A stretch of 64,000 bases of DNA from an uncultured Oscillospiraceae bacterium (lineage in GTDB: Bacteria; Bacillota; Clostridia; Oscillospirales; Ruminococcaceae), in contig CAKSSH010000001.1 of NCBI GenBank assembly GCA_934488695.1, forward strand, positions 7,476-71,475. The letters are read 5' to 3'. Below, piece by piece: positions 46,563 through 56,146 of the stretch. The notes under the pieces are model-generated. The model was not told the DNA's origin. It was given only the letters and a program-made list of their open reading frames with translations, and made no database searches. The position numbers and the translations under genes were made by a program. Numbering within the stretch: the first letter of the stretch is position 1; each line of letters opens with the position of its first letter.

Positions 46563-48023
46563 ATGCAGATTATCATAAATCATCATCCGTTTCGTTATGA
46601 AATGGAAAATATTGTCCGAATGTTTTTTCATGCCTTACCGCTGCAGGTATGCGAAAATCTGCAGGCGCCGTCGGGCGATTATGTACTGACGGCGTTCTCC
46701 GAAACCGAAATGACAGCGGAAGTTTCGCTTAACGGGCAAAAACTGCGCCGGTTCGCGCCGCTGCCGGCAGATCAAATGCCGCAAGACTCCGAGTGGCTGC
46801 TTGCAACGCTGCTGTATGACTGTCTTTGCAGCTTTACCGGGCACGGACAAAAGTGGGGCATGCTGACCGGTGTACGGCCGACAAGGCTTGTGCACCGTAT
46901 GCTGGATGAGGGAAAAAGTCCCGCCGAAATTCGGCAGCGGTTTGTGGAGACCTATCGAGTGGATCCGGAAAAGTTTGTGTTGCTGTATCAGACAGCGCTT
47001 GCAGAACGTCCGGTGATTGCAGACAGTGCGCCGCAGGATTTCAGCCTTTATCTTTCGATTCCGTTTTGCCCGACCCGGTGCAGCTATTGCTCGTTTGTGT
47101 CACAGTCGGTGTCTCGTTTTGGCAATTTATTAGAGCCTTATGTGGCAGCGCTTGGCAAGGAAATTGAAGAGACGGCGCGAATTGCCCGGATCGCCGGCCT
47201 TCGGCTGCGCTCGGTCTATTTCGGCGGCGGAACGCCGACCACGCTGTCGGCAGAGCAGCTGTCTTTTTTAATGGAAAAAATTGCACGGCTTTTTGATTTT
47301 TCGGCGGTGCGGGAGTATACCGTTGAAGCAGGACGGCCCGACACCATTACATCGGAAAAGCTTCATGCCATCCGGGACGGCGGGGCGCGCCGTATCAGCA
47401 TTAATCCGCAGACCTTTCAGCAGGAGCTGCTGGATCGCATCGGGCGTTGCCACACTGTTTCTCAGACGCTGGAGGCTTTTGAGATTGCTCGTCGTGTCGG
47501 GTTTGACGCTGTAAATATGGATTTGATTGCAGGACTGCCGGGAGACCGGCCGGAGGCTTTTGCCGCGTCTTTGGAACAGGCGCTGTCTCTTTCGCCGGAG
47601 AACATTACCCTGCACACGCTGACCCTGAAACGGGCGGCGGACTTTTCTGTGGCTGCGCAAGAGATCTTTCGCAGCGGAGATAGTCCCGCTGAGCAAATGG
47701 TGACCGGCGCCCAGCGGCGGTTTTCCGAATCGGGATACCATCCGTATTATTTATACCGCCAGAAAAACAGCCTTTCCAACCTTGAAAACGTCGGCTATTG
47801 CAGGCCGGGGCATGAGGGAATTTATAATATATATATTATGGACGAAGTTCACACTATTTTGGCCTTGGGCGCCGGCGCCGTCACCAAGCTGTGCGGCGGC
47901 GGGGAGCAGCGTTTGCAGCGGATTTTTAATTATAAGTATCCGACTGAATATCTGCATGGCTTCGACAATATAATAAACAGAAAACGAGAGGTTTTGAAAT
48001 TCTATGAGCAGCATCCTGTTTAA
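46563..48023 (+). CDS. hemZ: radical SAM protein, oxygen-independent coproporphyrinogen oxidase family (HemZ-like)
   Basis: The CPTRCSYCSF cluster motif and HemN-like body (YFGGGTPT, INPQTF). 486 aa. Confidence 0.75.
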   Translation: MQIIINHHPFRYEMENIVRMFFHALPLQVCENLQAPSGDYVLTAFSETEMTAEVSLNGQKLRRFAPLPADQMPQDSEWLLATLLYDCLCSFTGHGQKWGMLTGVRPTRLVHRMLDEGKSPAEIRQRFVETYRVDPEKFVLLYQTALAERPVIADSAPQDFSLYLSIPFCPTRCSYCSFVSQSVSRFGNLLEPYVAALGKEIEETARIARIAGLRLRSVYFGGGTPTTLSAEQLSFLMEKIARLFDFSAVREYTVEAGRPDTITSEKLHAIRDGGARRISINPQTFQQELLDRIGRCHTVSQTLEAFEIARRVGFDAVNMDLIAGLPGDRPEAFAASLEQALSLSPENITLHTLTLKRAADFSVAAQEIFRSGDSPAEQMVTGAQRRFSESGYHPYYLYRQKNSLSNLENVGYCRPGHEGIYNIYIMDEVHTILALGAGAVTKLCGGGEQRLQRIFNYKYPTEYLHGFDNIINRKREVLKFYEQHPV

Positions 48024-48975
48024 CGGGCGGGGGCAGGTAACCGAAAATGTGATTAACACCCTTGCCAAAAACAATCCGGCAGAGCTGATTGCCGGCAGTG
48101 AGGACTATTATAATACCCAGCTTTTTGACATCTGTCAGCGGATTGTCAAGTCGGAGGATATTCGGATTATCTTGATTTCCGGGCCCTCCGGCTCCGGCAA
48201 GACCACAACGGCGCAAAAGCTTTCCCGTTGTCTTGCGGCCGGCGGCAGAAATGCTGTCTGTCTTTCCCTGGACGATTTTTTTTACAACCGGGACGCTTTG
48301 CCGCGCCTGACAAACGGAGAGACGGATTTTGAGTCTGTTAACACACTGGACGTTCCTGAGATTCGGCGTTGTTTTGTTCGGCTGCTGGCCGGGGAACCGG
48401 CTGTGATCCCGTATTTTGATTTTGTGACCGGGCAGAGAATCGCCGAAAAACAGCGCGAAATCACCTGTGAGGAGAAGGATCTTATTATTTTGGAAGGCTT
48501 GCACGGTCTGAATCCGCTGCTGACCGACGGAATTGAGACGCAGGGGCGTGGTTTTCTCAAAATTTATGTCAATCCCATGAGTCAGATTGTATCGGAAAGC
48601 GGTAAACCGGTGTTGCGCCGGCGCAGCCTCAGGCTTATGCGTCGTATGATTCGGGACTATCAATTTCGCGGCAGCTCTCCCGAGAACACCTTACGCATGT
48701 GGGACGGCGTTTGCCGGGAAGAAATCAAAACGATTGCAGATTACTGTGCCCGAGCGGATTTTATCCTGGACACGACGCATTTTTATGAGCCATGTATTTA
48801 TCATCATTTCTTGCCGACGATGATTGCCGAAAACCCGGTGTCGACGCCGCGGTATCGCGAGACGCTGCAGGGGCTTCTTCAAAAGCTGGATGATTTTGAA
48901 AATCTGCCGCTGGAGCGGGTGCCGGAGCAGTCCATGATTCGCGAGTTTATCGGTGAGAAAAAGACGGACTTGTAA
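48004..48975 (+). CDS. P-loop nucleoside/uridine kinase family protein
   Basis: Walker A ISGPSGSGKTTT and LDDFF, with a PRK/uridine-kinase-like layout. Overlaps the hemZ 3' end by 20 nt. Confidence 0.6.
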   Translation: MSSILFNGRGQVTENVINTLAKNNPAELIAGSEDYYNTQLFDICQRIVKSEDIRIILISGPSGSGKTTTAQKLSRCLAAGGRNAVCLSLDDFFYNRDALPRLTNGETDFESVNTLDVPEIRRCFVRLLAGEPAVIPYFDFVTGQRIAEKQREITCEEKDLIILEGLHGLNPLLTDGIETQGRGFLKIYVNPMSQIVSESGKPVLRRRSLRLMRRMIRDYQFRGSSPENTLRMWDGVCREEIKTIADYCARADFILDTTHFYEPCIYHHFLPTMIAENPVSTPRYRETLQGLLQKLDDFENLPLERVPEQSMIREFIGEKKTDL

Positions 48976-49024
48976 AAAATGCAATAATCCTGTATAATAA
49001 AAGCACCTTATTAAGACAGAAAGG

Positions 49025-49474
49025 ATGTTGTGGCTTATGGAGGTTTTGGATCGTGCATTAAAAAACGTCAAGGACGTTGCGTGTAAAGCCGGCAACAAAG
49101 CAGAAGAACTGCTGTGTCAGGGGAAAACACAACTTCAAATCAGAAAGCTTCGTCGGGAGCTGAAAAAAAATTATGCTTGTCTCGGCCTGCGAATTTACGG
49201 TAATGTGAAGGGCGGCGAGGAATACGGGCCGGCGATTGCAACAAAGGTAAATGAAATCGACGCGCTACGTCGGCAGCTTTCGGATTTAAAGGAACAGGCG
49301 GATCTGATTCAGTATTGCAGAAGGTGTAAAAACTGCGGCGCGTATAATGACCGCGAGGATGATTTTTGTTTGAACTGCGGCGCAACCATGCGTCCGTATC
49401 ACAAGACGGTTTATACGGTTCAGTTTGACGGTGAGCAGCCGTCTGAGCAGCAAGAGCCGAAAACCGAAGAATAA
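49025..49474 (+). CDS. coiled-coil protein with C-terminal zinc ribbon
   Basis: Motif CRRCKNCG...CLNCG. The start is ambiguous (49025 or 49037). No family recognised. Confidence 0.45.
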   Translation: MLWLMEVLDRALKNVKDVACKAGNKAEELLCQGKTQLQIRKLRRELKKNYACLGLRIYGNVKGGEEYGPAIATKVNEIDALRRQLSDLKEQADLIQYCRRCKNCGAYNDREDDFCLNCGATMRPYHKTVYTVQFDGEQPSEQQEPKTEE

Positions 49475-49491
49475 TTCGGAGGTCGGTTTTC

Positions 49492-51243
49492 TTGAAGCAG
49501 TCCGCTGAAAAGCGCTCCTCCCAAAGCTTTTTGGAGGGAGCACTGATTTTGGTGCTGGCAACGGTGGTTGTGAAAATCATCGGGGCAATTTTTAAAATTC
49601 CGCTCGGTAATTTACTGGGCGAAGAGGGCTTTGCTTACTTTTCGGTTGCCTATAATGTTTTCACGCCGCTGTATTCACTGGCAATGGCCGGACTTCCGGT
49701 GGCGGTAGCACGGATGGTATCTGAAAATGCCGCACAAAAAAACTATCGGGACGTACGGCGCATCTTGCGGGTGTCAACTACGGCCTTTACCGTAACCGGC
49801 GCCGTCGGCAGTGTTTTAATGCTGGCTTCCGCCGGGTTTTATTCTCATAAAATCGTTGAAACGCCGGCGGCTTTTCTTTCGATTGTTTGTCTGTCTCCCG
49901 CTGTGTTTTTTTGCTGTATGATGAGCTCTCGCCGCGGGTATTACGAAGGACTTAAAAACATGGTGCCGACCGCGGTTTCTCAAATGATTGAGGCGCTGTT
50001 CAAGCTGGTGTTCGGGCTTTTGTTTTCATGGCTGGTTATTCGGGTCGGAACAGCCCAGTTTGAAACAAATCAAACCGTGTTCGGAACTCTGTGCGAAAGC
50101 CGCAGTGAAGCGATGTCCATTATTTATCCCTTTTCTGCGGCGGCGGCAATTTTAGGCGTTACGCTCAGCACATTGGTTGGGGCACTTTATCTGCATATTC
50201 TTTATCGAGTGCGGGGAGATCATATCACGCAGCAACAGCTGGCGCTTTCGCCGCCGGCGCGCGGCAGTCGTGCAATTTTGCGTTCTCTTTTGGCAATTGC
50301 CATTCCGGTGTCTCTCGGAACATTGGCGACAACGATTACGTCTTTTATTGACTCCAGCTCGGTTTTGAATCGTCTTAAATATGTCATGCAGCAGGACCCG
50401 CAGGCTATTTTAAAGATGTATCCCGGGATTCAGGAAAAAGCAACCGAGATTCCGGATTTTATTTATGGCGCTTATTGCTATGCGCTGAGCATTTTTAATC
50501 TGGTGCCGACGATCACAACAACGTTTGCAATCAGTGCTCTGCCGGCAGTAACGGCGGCGTGGACTTTGCGGGATCGCGTTCAAACTCGGCAGAGTGTCGA
50601 GGCGGTTTTGCGCATTACCAGTCTGGTGGCTTTTCCGTCTGGAATCGGCATTGCGGTTTTGTCTAAGCCGATTCTAAAGCTTCTGTATCCGTCGGCACAG
50701 CGTGCCATGGGGGTCGACATAGCGGCGCCGGCCTTGTCGCTGCTTGGAGTCGGCGTCATTTTTGTGGCGCTGTTGACGCCTATCAACAGTATGTTGCAGG
50801 CCGTCGGACGAGCCGACTTGCCGGTAAAGCTGATGCTGGTGGGCGGCAGTATTAAAATTGTCACAAACTTTTTGCTGGTTTCAATTCCGTCTGTTAACGT
50901 GAAAGGCGCTCCGGTCGGGACAATTCTTTGTTATATTTTTCTGTTCACAGCCAGTATGATTTTTCTGTGTCGAAGAATCGATATGGTGCCTCGTATCCGA
51001 AGCGTTTTTATAAAGCCTTTTGCCGCTGCGGCGGTCTGCGGTGCTGCCGCAGCGCTGTCATATCGGCTTTTCTTGCTCATTTTCTCACAGCGGATTTCTA
51101 CGGCATTTTCCATAATTTTTGCTGCGATTATTTATGCAATTTGCCTACTTCTTTTCCGGGCAATTACAAAAGAGGATTTAAATATGCTTCCGAAAGGGAA
51201 AAAACTTGCAAAAATACTTGAAAAAAAAGGGCTGATAGGTTAA
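49492..51243 (+). CDS. MOP-superfamily flippase (SpoVB/YabM/MurJ-like polysaccharide biosynthesis protein)
   Basis: TTG start follows GGAGG. 583 aa with about 14 TM. N-terminus (FLEGALILVLATVVVKIIGAIFKIPLGNLLG). Positioned like B. subtilis yabM, ahead of yabO-yabR. Confidence 0.75.
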   Translation: MKQSAEKRSSQSFLEGALILVLATVVVKIIGAIFKIPLGNLLGEEGFAYFSVAYNVFTPLYSLAMAGLPVAVARMVSENAAQKNYRDVRRILRVSTTAFTVTGAVGSVLMLASAGFYSHKIVETPAAFLSIVCLSPAVFFCCMMSSRRGYYEGLKNMVPTAVSQMIEALFKLVFGLLFSWLVIRVGTAQFETNQTVFGTLCESRSEAMSIIYPFSAAAAILGVTLSTLVGALYLHILYRVRGDHITQQQLALSPPARGSRAILRSLLAIAIPVSLGTLATTITSFIDSSSVLNRLKYVMQQDPQAILKMYPGIQEKATEIPDFIYGAYCYALSIFNLVPTITTTFAISALPAVTAAWTLRDRVQTRQSVEAVLRITSLVAFPSGIGIAVLSKPILKLLYPSAQRAMGVDIAAPALSLLGVGVIFVALLTPINSMLQAVGRADLPVKLMLVGGSIKIVTNFLLVSIPSVNVKGAPVGTILCYIFLFTASMIFLCRRIDMVPRIRSVFIKPFAAAAVCGAAAALSYRLFLLIFSQRISTAFSIIFAAIIYAICLLLFRAITKEDLNMLPKGKKLAKILEKKGLIG

Positions 51244-51330
51244 AATAGAGACAGTGGAAATAAGGCGACGCCTTGTTTCGGACTGGAATAAGTTGTGTTA
51301 CGCACAACGAAATAAAGGAGAAGAAAAACA

Positions 51331-51603
51331 ATGACCAAAGTTGAACTTATCAATGCAATTGCCGAGAAGGCAGAGATTTCCAAGAAAGATGCTGATGCAG
51401 CGCTGAAGGCTACCATCGAAGCGATTACTGCTGCGTTGAAGAAGGGTGACAAGGTTCAGCTGGTCGGTTTCGGTACCTTTGAGGTCCGTGCACGCGGTGC
51501 AAGAACCGGCAGAAACCCCAGAACGAAAGAGACCATCAAGATTGCCGCCTCTAAGGCTCCCGCTTTCAAGGCCGGTAAGGCTCTGAAGGACGCTGTGAAA
51601 TAA
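51331..51603 (+). CDS. hup: DNA-binding protein HU
   Basis: The sequence [21 protein letters not shown]...[20 protein letters not shown] is a canonical HU sequence. 90 aa. Confidence 0.95.
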   Translation: MTKVELINAIAEKAEISKKDADAALKATIEAITAALKKGDKVQLVGFGTFEVRARGARTGRNPRTKETIKIAASKAPAFKAGKALKDAVK

Positions 51604-51614
51604 GCACAATTTTT

Positions 51615-51655
51615 AAAAGCTGTTTCGGTCCCGTGCCGAAGCAGCTTTTTCTTTT
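51615..51655 (+). terminator. intrinsic terminator after hup
   Basis: Stem AAAAGCTGTTTCGG / CCGAAGCAGCTTTT (14 bp including one G-U pair) with a 7-nt loop, followed by TCTTTT. Confidence 0.5.
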
Positions 51656-51668
51656 AAAGGAGAATAGC

Positions 51669-51920
51669 ATGCGAATCGACAAGTATTTAAAAAACACGCG
51701 TATTATCAAACGTCGGACAGTTGCCAATGAGGCTTGCGATCATCAGAGAATTTCGGTAAACGGCCGGCCGGTCAAGGCCTCTTATCAGGTGGCTGTCGGG
51801 GATATTATCGAGGTTGGTTTTGGCAGTCGGACATTGAAGGTGCGGGTGTGCTCGGTACAAGAGAATGTCCGTAAGGAGGAGGCTGCGCTGCAATACGAGG
51901 TGCTGGAGTCAGCCGAATAA
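51669..51920 (+). CDS. yabO: RNA-binding S4 domain protein (YabO/Hsp15-like)
   Basis: Start at MRIDKYLKNTRIIKRRTVA (51669) follows AAAGGAG. Shows the S4 fold signature. Confidence 0.8.
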   Translation: MRIDKYLKNTRIIKRRTVANEACDHQRISVNGRPVKASYQVAVGDIIEVGFGSRTLKVRVCSVQENVRKEEAALQYEVLESAE

Positions 51921-51974
51921 TTTTGCTGTGCGCCGAATAGAATGTTATAGCAGCAAAAAAAAGGAGGCGACACG

Positions 51975-52253
51975 GTGACCGAAGAAAAGAATCTGCCCAA
52001 AAAGCCGCATAATATCATTATGAGCAATTGTGAAAAGTTGAGCTTGACGGGAGTGCGGGACGTTGAGAGCTTTGACGAGCATCTCGTTGTTTGTTTTACG
52101 GATTGCGGAGAACTGGTTATTCGTGGGAATATGCTGCATGTCGACCACATGAATGTGGAAACAGGAGATATGGAGCTTGCCGGGAGCATAACTTCGCTTA
52201 CCTATACCGGCGAAAAGAAACGCGGCGGATTTTTCTCGCGCCTGCTACGATAA
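51975..52253 (+). CDS. yabP: sporulation protein YabP
   Basis: The sequence HNIIMSNCEKLSLTGVRDVESFDEHLVVCFTDCGELVIRGNMLHV matches the YabP family pattern. GTG start. Confidence 0.8.
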   Translation: MTEEKNLPKKPHNIIMSNCEKLSLTGVRDVESFDEHLVVCFTDCGELVIRGNMLHVDHMNVETGDMELAGSITSLTYTGEKKRGGFFSRLLR

Positions 52254-52274
52254 TACAAAAACGGAGGGAATGTC

Positions 52275-52850
52275 TTGACGGTCGAACTCGGACAGCAGTT
52301 GACTTTACTGGGCTTGGCTCTCCTGCTCGGGGCGGCCGGCGGCGTTCTTTATGATATTTTTAAAATTCTGCGACTGATTGGGCTGAACGGGCGCTTTTTT
52401 TGTTTTGTAGAGGACCTTTTGTTTTTTGCTGTTATGACGGTGGCTGTTTTTTCTTTTCAGCTCAATCAGACCGATGGTAAAATCCGAATTTTTGTGCTGC
52501 TTTCAGTGGCTGGGGGCTTTGCATTATATCGTTTGACATTGGAACGGCCGGTGTTTTTTATTATTCAAAAACTGTACTGCTTTGTGGCATCGATTATCGG
52601 GTTTTTATATCGCAAAATTGCTTTTCCCGTTTTTCGGGGAGCTTTTTTGGTCCTGCGTCGCACGGTCGGGCGGCCGATAAGGGCAGTTTCGGAAAAAATT
52701 TGCATAAAAACCCGTCTTTTTTTCAAAAAGCGATTGACGCGGGGACGCAAAGTGTTATATAATAAAGCGGGAATATTAAAACGAAGAAAGGACCCGAAGG
52801 ACAATGACAGCCCAAACAACAAAACCGGCCAAAAAGCGTTCTATTGTTAG
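52275..52850 (+). CDS. yabQ: spore cortex biosynthesis protein YabQ
   Basis: TTG start follows GGAGGG. TM-rich N-terminal half (GVLYDIFKILRL, EDLLFF, GKIRIFVLL) resembles YabQ. Basic C-terminal tail. Synteny after yabP. Confidence 0.6.
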   Translation: MTVELGQQLTLLGLALLLGAAGGVLYDIFKILRLIGLNGRFFCFVEDLLFFAVMTVAVFSFQLNQTDGKIRIFVLLSVAGGFALYRLTLERPVFFIIQKLYCFVASIIGFLYRKIAFPVFRGAFLVLRRTVGRPIRAVSEKICIKTRLFFKKRLTRGRKVLYNKAGILKRRKDPKDNDSPNNKTGQKAFYC

Positions 52851-53112
52851 TGCTCTTTTGAAACTGGCTGCGCTTTGCGTTGTGGTCTATGTTGCTTTTT
52901 CGGTCATTTCCCTGCAGATTGAGCTTTCCGAAAAGAAAAGGACACTTGCTAAGCTGGAGGCGCAGCGTGACGCGCTGTCTCTGGCAAATCAAGAGACCAG
53001 TGAACTGATTGAAAAAAGCGATCAGAATGAATTCGTAGAGCGTATCGCCCGGGAGTACTTCGGTTTTGCTTATCCAAATGAGCATATTTTTATTGATATT
53101 TCCGGAAGCTGA
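52804..53112 (+). CDS. divIC: septum formation initiator family protein (DivIC/FtsB)
   Basis: TM followed by a coiled coil (IELSEKKRTLAKLEAQRDALSLANQE) and C-terminal IAREYFGFAYPNE. Overlaps yabQ by 47 nt. Confidence 0.75.
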   Translation: MTAQTTKPAKKRSIVSALLKLAALCVVVYVAFSVISLQIELSEKKRTLAKLEAQRDALSLANQETSELIEKSDQNEFVERIAREYFGFAYPNEHIFIDISGS

Positions 53113-53154
53113 GCAATCGGCGATTCATTATAGTTAAGGAGCTTTTTTAGTCTT

Positions 53155-53595
53155 ATGCAGCTTTCAGTCGGAAACATTTTGGAAGGTAAAGTAACAGGAA
53201 TCACTAAGTTTGGCGTATTTGTTGACCTGGGAGAGGGAAAAACCGGAATGGTACACATTTCGGAGGTTTCGTCATCTTATGTCACGGATATAAATGAGCA
53301 TGTCAAGGACGGTCAGAACGTTCAGGTTCGGGTGCTGAGCATCGGGGATGACGGGAAAATTCGTCTTTCGATGAAACGGCTTAACGGAGACGCTGCCCAG
53401 GCGCAGCCGCCGAGGCGTGAGGGTTTTCAACCGCGGGAGCCCCGTGGAGATTTCGGCGCCAGAAAGAGCAATCAGCCGATGACCTTTGAGGATATGCTGA
53501 CACGCTTTAAGCAGTCCAGCGATGAGAAAATGAGTGATTTAAAGCGTAATATGGATTCCAAACGCGGCAGCGGCCGTCGGGGCGGAAGATCCTAA
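53155..53595 (+). CDS. yabR: S1 RNA-binding domain protein (YabR-like)
   Basis: The sequence GNILEGKVTGITKFGVFVDLGEGKTGMVHISEVS...VRVLSIGDDGKIRLSMK is an S1 domain. Basic C-terminal tail. Confidence 0.85.
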   Translation: MQLSVGNILEGKVTGITKFGVFVDLGEGKTGMVHISEVSSSYVTDINEHVKDGQNVQVRVLSIGDDGKIRLSMKRLNGDAAQAQPPRREGFQPREPRGDFGARKSNQPMTFEDMLTRFKQSSDEKMSDLKRNMDSKRGSGRRGGRS

Positions 53596-53607
53596 AAATC
53601 TAAGCGG

Positions 53608-53636
53608 GCGAAGTGGCAACACTTCGCTCTTTTATT
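53608..53636 (+). terminator. intrinsic terminator after yabR
   Basis: Stem GCGAAGTG / CACTTCGC (8 bp) with loop GCAA, followed by TCTTTTATT. Confidence 0.5.
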
Positions 53637-53652
53637 GCCCGGGGAGGAAAAA

Positions 53653-54768
53653 ATGACGGATTTGACGATGGTTTGTCCTTGCCATTTCGGCTTGGAAAGT
53701 GTGTTGGCAGGGGAAATGAAAAGGCTTGGTTTTCAGAACGTGGCGTGCGAAAACGGAACCGTTCGGTTTGAAGGCTCCTTTGCGGAAATTGCCCGTGCCA
53801 ACCTGCAGCTGCGAACAGCAGAGCGCGTTCTGATTGAGCTGGGGCGGTTTCCGGCACGCAGCTTTGACCAACTGTTTGAGGGGACTCGCGCTCTTCCTTG
53901 GGAAAGATTTATTGGGGTGCAGGGAGCTTTTCCCGTCAAAGGCTGGGCACTCAATTCTAAGCTTCACAGCGTACCGGACTGTCAGTCTATTATTAAAAAG
54001 GCGATTGTTCGGCGACTGGAAAAAGAGTATAATATTCATATTTTCCCCGAGACGGGCGAAAAGTATCAGGTGCAGTTTTCGCTGTTGAAGGATGAGGCAC
54101 GACTATATCTGGATACCAGCGGAGCAGGGCTGCACAAGCGTGGTTATCGTCCGTCTGCCAATGCCGCGCCTATAAAGGAAACGTTGGCGGCAGGGATTTT
54201 AGATTTGGCTCGAGTACGCGGAGCCTGTACTTTATATGATCCGATGTGCGGCAGCGGAACCCTGCTGATTGAAGGCGCGTTGCGCGCCACCCGAACGGCG
54301 CCGGGGATTCGTCGCAGCTTTGCCGCGGAAAAATGGGGCTGTTTTGATGCGCACTATTGGCAGCAGGCGCGTCGGGAGGCACTGGACCTTGTGGATCGTT
54401 CGGTGAATTTTCGCGCAGTCGGGGCTGATATCAGTGCCGAGGCGGCGGAGTTGACACGCCAGAATGCAAAACGGGCCGAAATGACGCCGTTTTTAACAGT
54501 CTCAACAGCGGACATTTCCTCTTTTAAGGCACCTGAAAGCGGTATTGTGGTTGTAAATCCGCCTTACGGAGAACGTTTGGAGGATCTGCGAACGGCCGAG
54601 GCTTTATATCGGCGTCTTGGCAAGGCTTTTGTGCCGAAAAAAGGCGTTAGTTATTATATTATTTCGCCGCACGAACAGTTTGAAAGCTTTTTCGGTCGTC
54701 CAGCCGATAAAAAACGCAAGCTTTATAACGGCATGATTCGATGCAACCTTTATCAGTATTTTAAGTAA
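53653..54768 (+). CDS. THUMP-domain class I SAM-dependent RNA methyltransferase (RlmL/K N-terminal-like, COG0116 type)
   Basis: ATG at 53653 follows GGGGAGGA. THUMP-like N-terminus, SAM motif DPMCGSGTLLIE and catalytic motif VVVNPPYGERL. Confidence 0.8.
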   Translation: MTDLTMVCPCHFGLESVLAGEMKRLGFQNVACENGTVRFEGSFAEIARANLQLRTAERVLIELGRFPARSFDQLFEGTRALPWERFIGVQGAFPVKGWALNSKLHSVPDCQSIIKKAIVRRLEKEYNIHIFPETGEKYQVQFSLLKDEARLYLDTSGAGLHKRGYRPSANAAPIKETLAAGILDLARVRGACTLYDPMCGSGTLLIEGALRATRTAPGIRRSFAAEKWGCFDAHYWQQARREALDLVDRSVNFRAVGADISAEAAELTRQNAKRAEMTPFLTVSTADISSFKAPESGIVVVNPPYGERLEDLRTAEALYRRLGKAFVPKKGVSYYIISPHEQFESFFGRPADKKRKLYNGMIRCNLYQYFK

Positions 54769-54790
54769 AAAAGAAGAATCAATTTTTTAC

Positions 54791-54819
54791 TTTACACATC
54801 GCTTGGAATATTGTATAAT
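54791..54819 (+). promoter_or_regulatory. candidate sigma-A promoter of pyrH-frr-uppS-cdsA-dxr-rseP-ispG-polC
   Basis: TTTACA (54791-54796), a 17-nt spacer, then TATAAT (54814-54819). Confidence 0.5.
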
Positions 54820-54851
54820 ATAGGATGAAAAAATAGGGTGGAGGAACTGAA

Positions 54852-55562
54852 ATGGCTTTAAAATATCAACGAGTTTTGCTGAAGCTCAGCGGGGAAGCGC
54901 TCGCCGGCGAAAAAAAAGTCGGGATTGATAATAAGACGGTGGCGGTCATTTGCAAGAGTATTAAAAAATGCGCAGACGCCGGCGCACAGATTGCCATTGT
55001 GGTCGGTGGAGGAAATTTCTGGCGTGGTCGCTCCAATGAGCATATGGATCGAACACGTGCCGATCACATCGGTATGCTGGCAACCGCTATGAATGCTTTG
55101 GCGGTCGGCGATATGCTGGAAAGTCTGGGCTGTGAGGTTCGGGTGCAGACGGCAATTGATATGCACCAAATTGCCGAGCCGTACATTCGCAATAAGGCCA
55201 TTAAGCATCTGGAAAAGGGGCGTATTGTGATTTTTGGGTGCGGTGTTGGCAGCCCTTATTTTTCAACCGATACGGCGTCTTCGCTACGTGCCGCGGAAAT
55301 TAATGCGGATATTATGCTGAAGGCAACTATGGTGGACGGAGTGTATGATAAGGATCCGCACCGGTATGCCGATGCGGTTCGGTTTGAAACCCTGCCGCTT
55401 TCGGAGGTTTTGTCCCGCGGGCTTGCGGTGATGGACAGCACGGCGGCTGCCTTGTGCAAGGACAATAAAATGCCGGTGCTGGTGTTTAGCTTGGAGGACC
55501 CCGAGAATATTTATCGTGCTGTGTCCGGGGGAAATATCGGAACGGTAGTTTACACCGAATAA
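54852..55562 (+). CDS. pyrH: UMP kinase
   Basis: Motifs [23 protein letters not shown] and [14 protein letters not shown]. Confidence 0.95.
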   Translation: MALKYQRVLLKLSGEALAGEKKVGIDNKTVAVICKSIKKCADAGAQIAIVVGGGNFWRGRSNEHMDRTRADHIGMLATAMNALAVGDMLESLGCEVRVQTAIDMHQIAEPYIRNKAIKHLEKGRIVIFGCGVGSPYFSTDTASSLRAAEINADIMLKATMVDGVYDKDPHRYADAVRFETLPLSEVLSRGLAVMDSTAAALCKDNKMPVLVFSLEDPENIYRAVSGGNIGTVVYTE

Positions 55563-55582
55563 AGCGAAGAGGAGAATGAGTC

Positions 55583-56137
55583 ATGCAAGAAGAAATGAAG
55601 CTGTTAAAGGAAAAAATGACCAAGAGCGTCGATATTATGAAGGATGAGTTTTCTGCAATTCGTGCGGGGCGCGCCAATCCGGCCGTTCTTGATAAAATCA
55701 CGGTGGATTATTACGGGACGCCGACACCGATTGCTCAAATGGCGGCTGTTTCGGTTTCGGAAGCACGGGTGCTGGTGATCCAGCCTTGGGATGCTTCGAC
55801 GCTGAAAAACATTGAAAAAGCAATTAATGCGTCCGATATCGGTATTAACCCGATGAATGACGGCCGAATTATCCGGCTGACCTTCCCGCCGCTGACTGAA
55901 GAACGTCGTCGGGATATTGCCAAGGAAATTTCCAGGCTGGCGGAGAATTGCAAGGTGGCTATTCGCAGCATTCGCCGCGACGGTATGGAAAAATTCAAGA
56001 CGATGAAGAAAAACAGCGAGATTACCGAGGATGATTTAAAAAATTGCGAAAAGCAGGTCCAGGACCTGACCGATCAGTTTTGCAAAAATATTGATGAGCT
56101 TGCTAAGGTTAAGGAAAAAGAAATTATTGAATTATAA
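55583..56137 (+). CDS. frr: ribosome recycling factor
   Basis: Motifs RAGRANPAVLD, LTEERRRDIAK and IRSIRRD. 184 aa. Confidence 0.95.
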   Translation: MQEEMKLLKEKMTKSVDIMKDEFSAIRAGRANPAVLDKITVDYYGTPTPIAQMAAVSVSEARVLVIQPWDASTLKNIEKAINASDIGINPMNDGRIIRLTFPPLTEERRRDIAKEISRLAENCKVAIRSIRRDGMEKFKTMKKNSEITEDDLKNCEKQVQDLTDQFCKNIDELAKVKEKEIIEL

Positions 56138-56146
56138 GGCGTCGTT

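Noticed and set aside
52804-52850. 47-nt yabQ/divIC overlap as evidence of a frameshifted or fused pseudogene
   Set aside because: Both products look intact and family-like over their full lengths: YabQ has its TM half plus basic tail, and DivIC has its TM plus coiled coil. Only the exact divIC start is uncertain.
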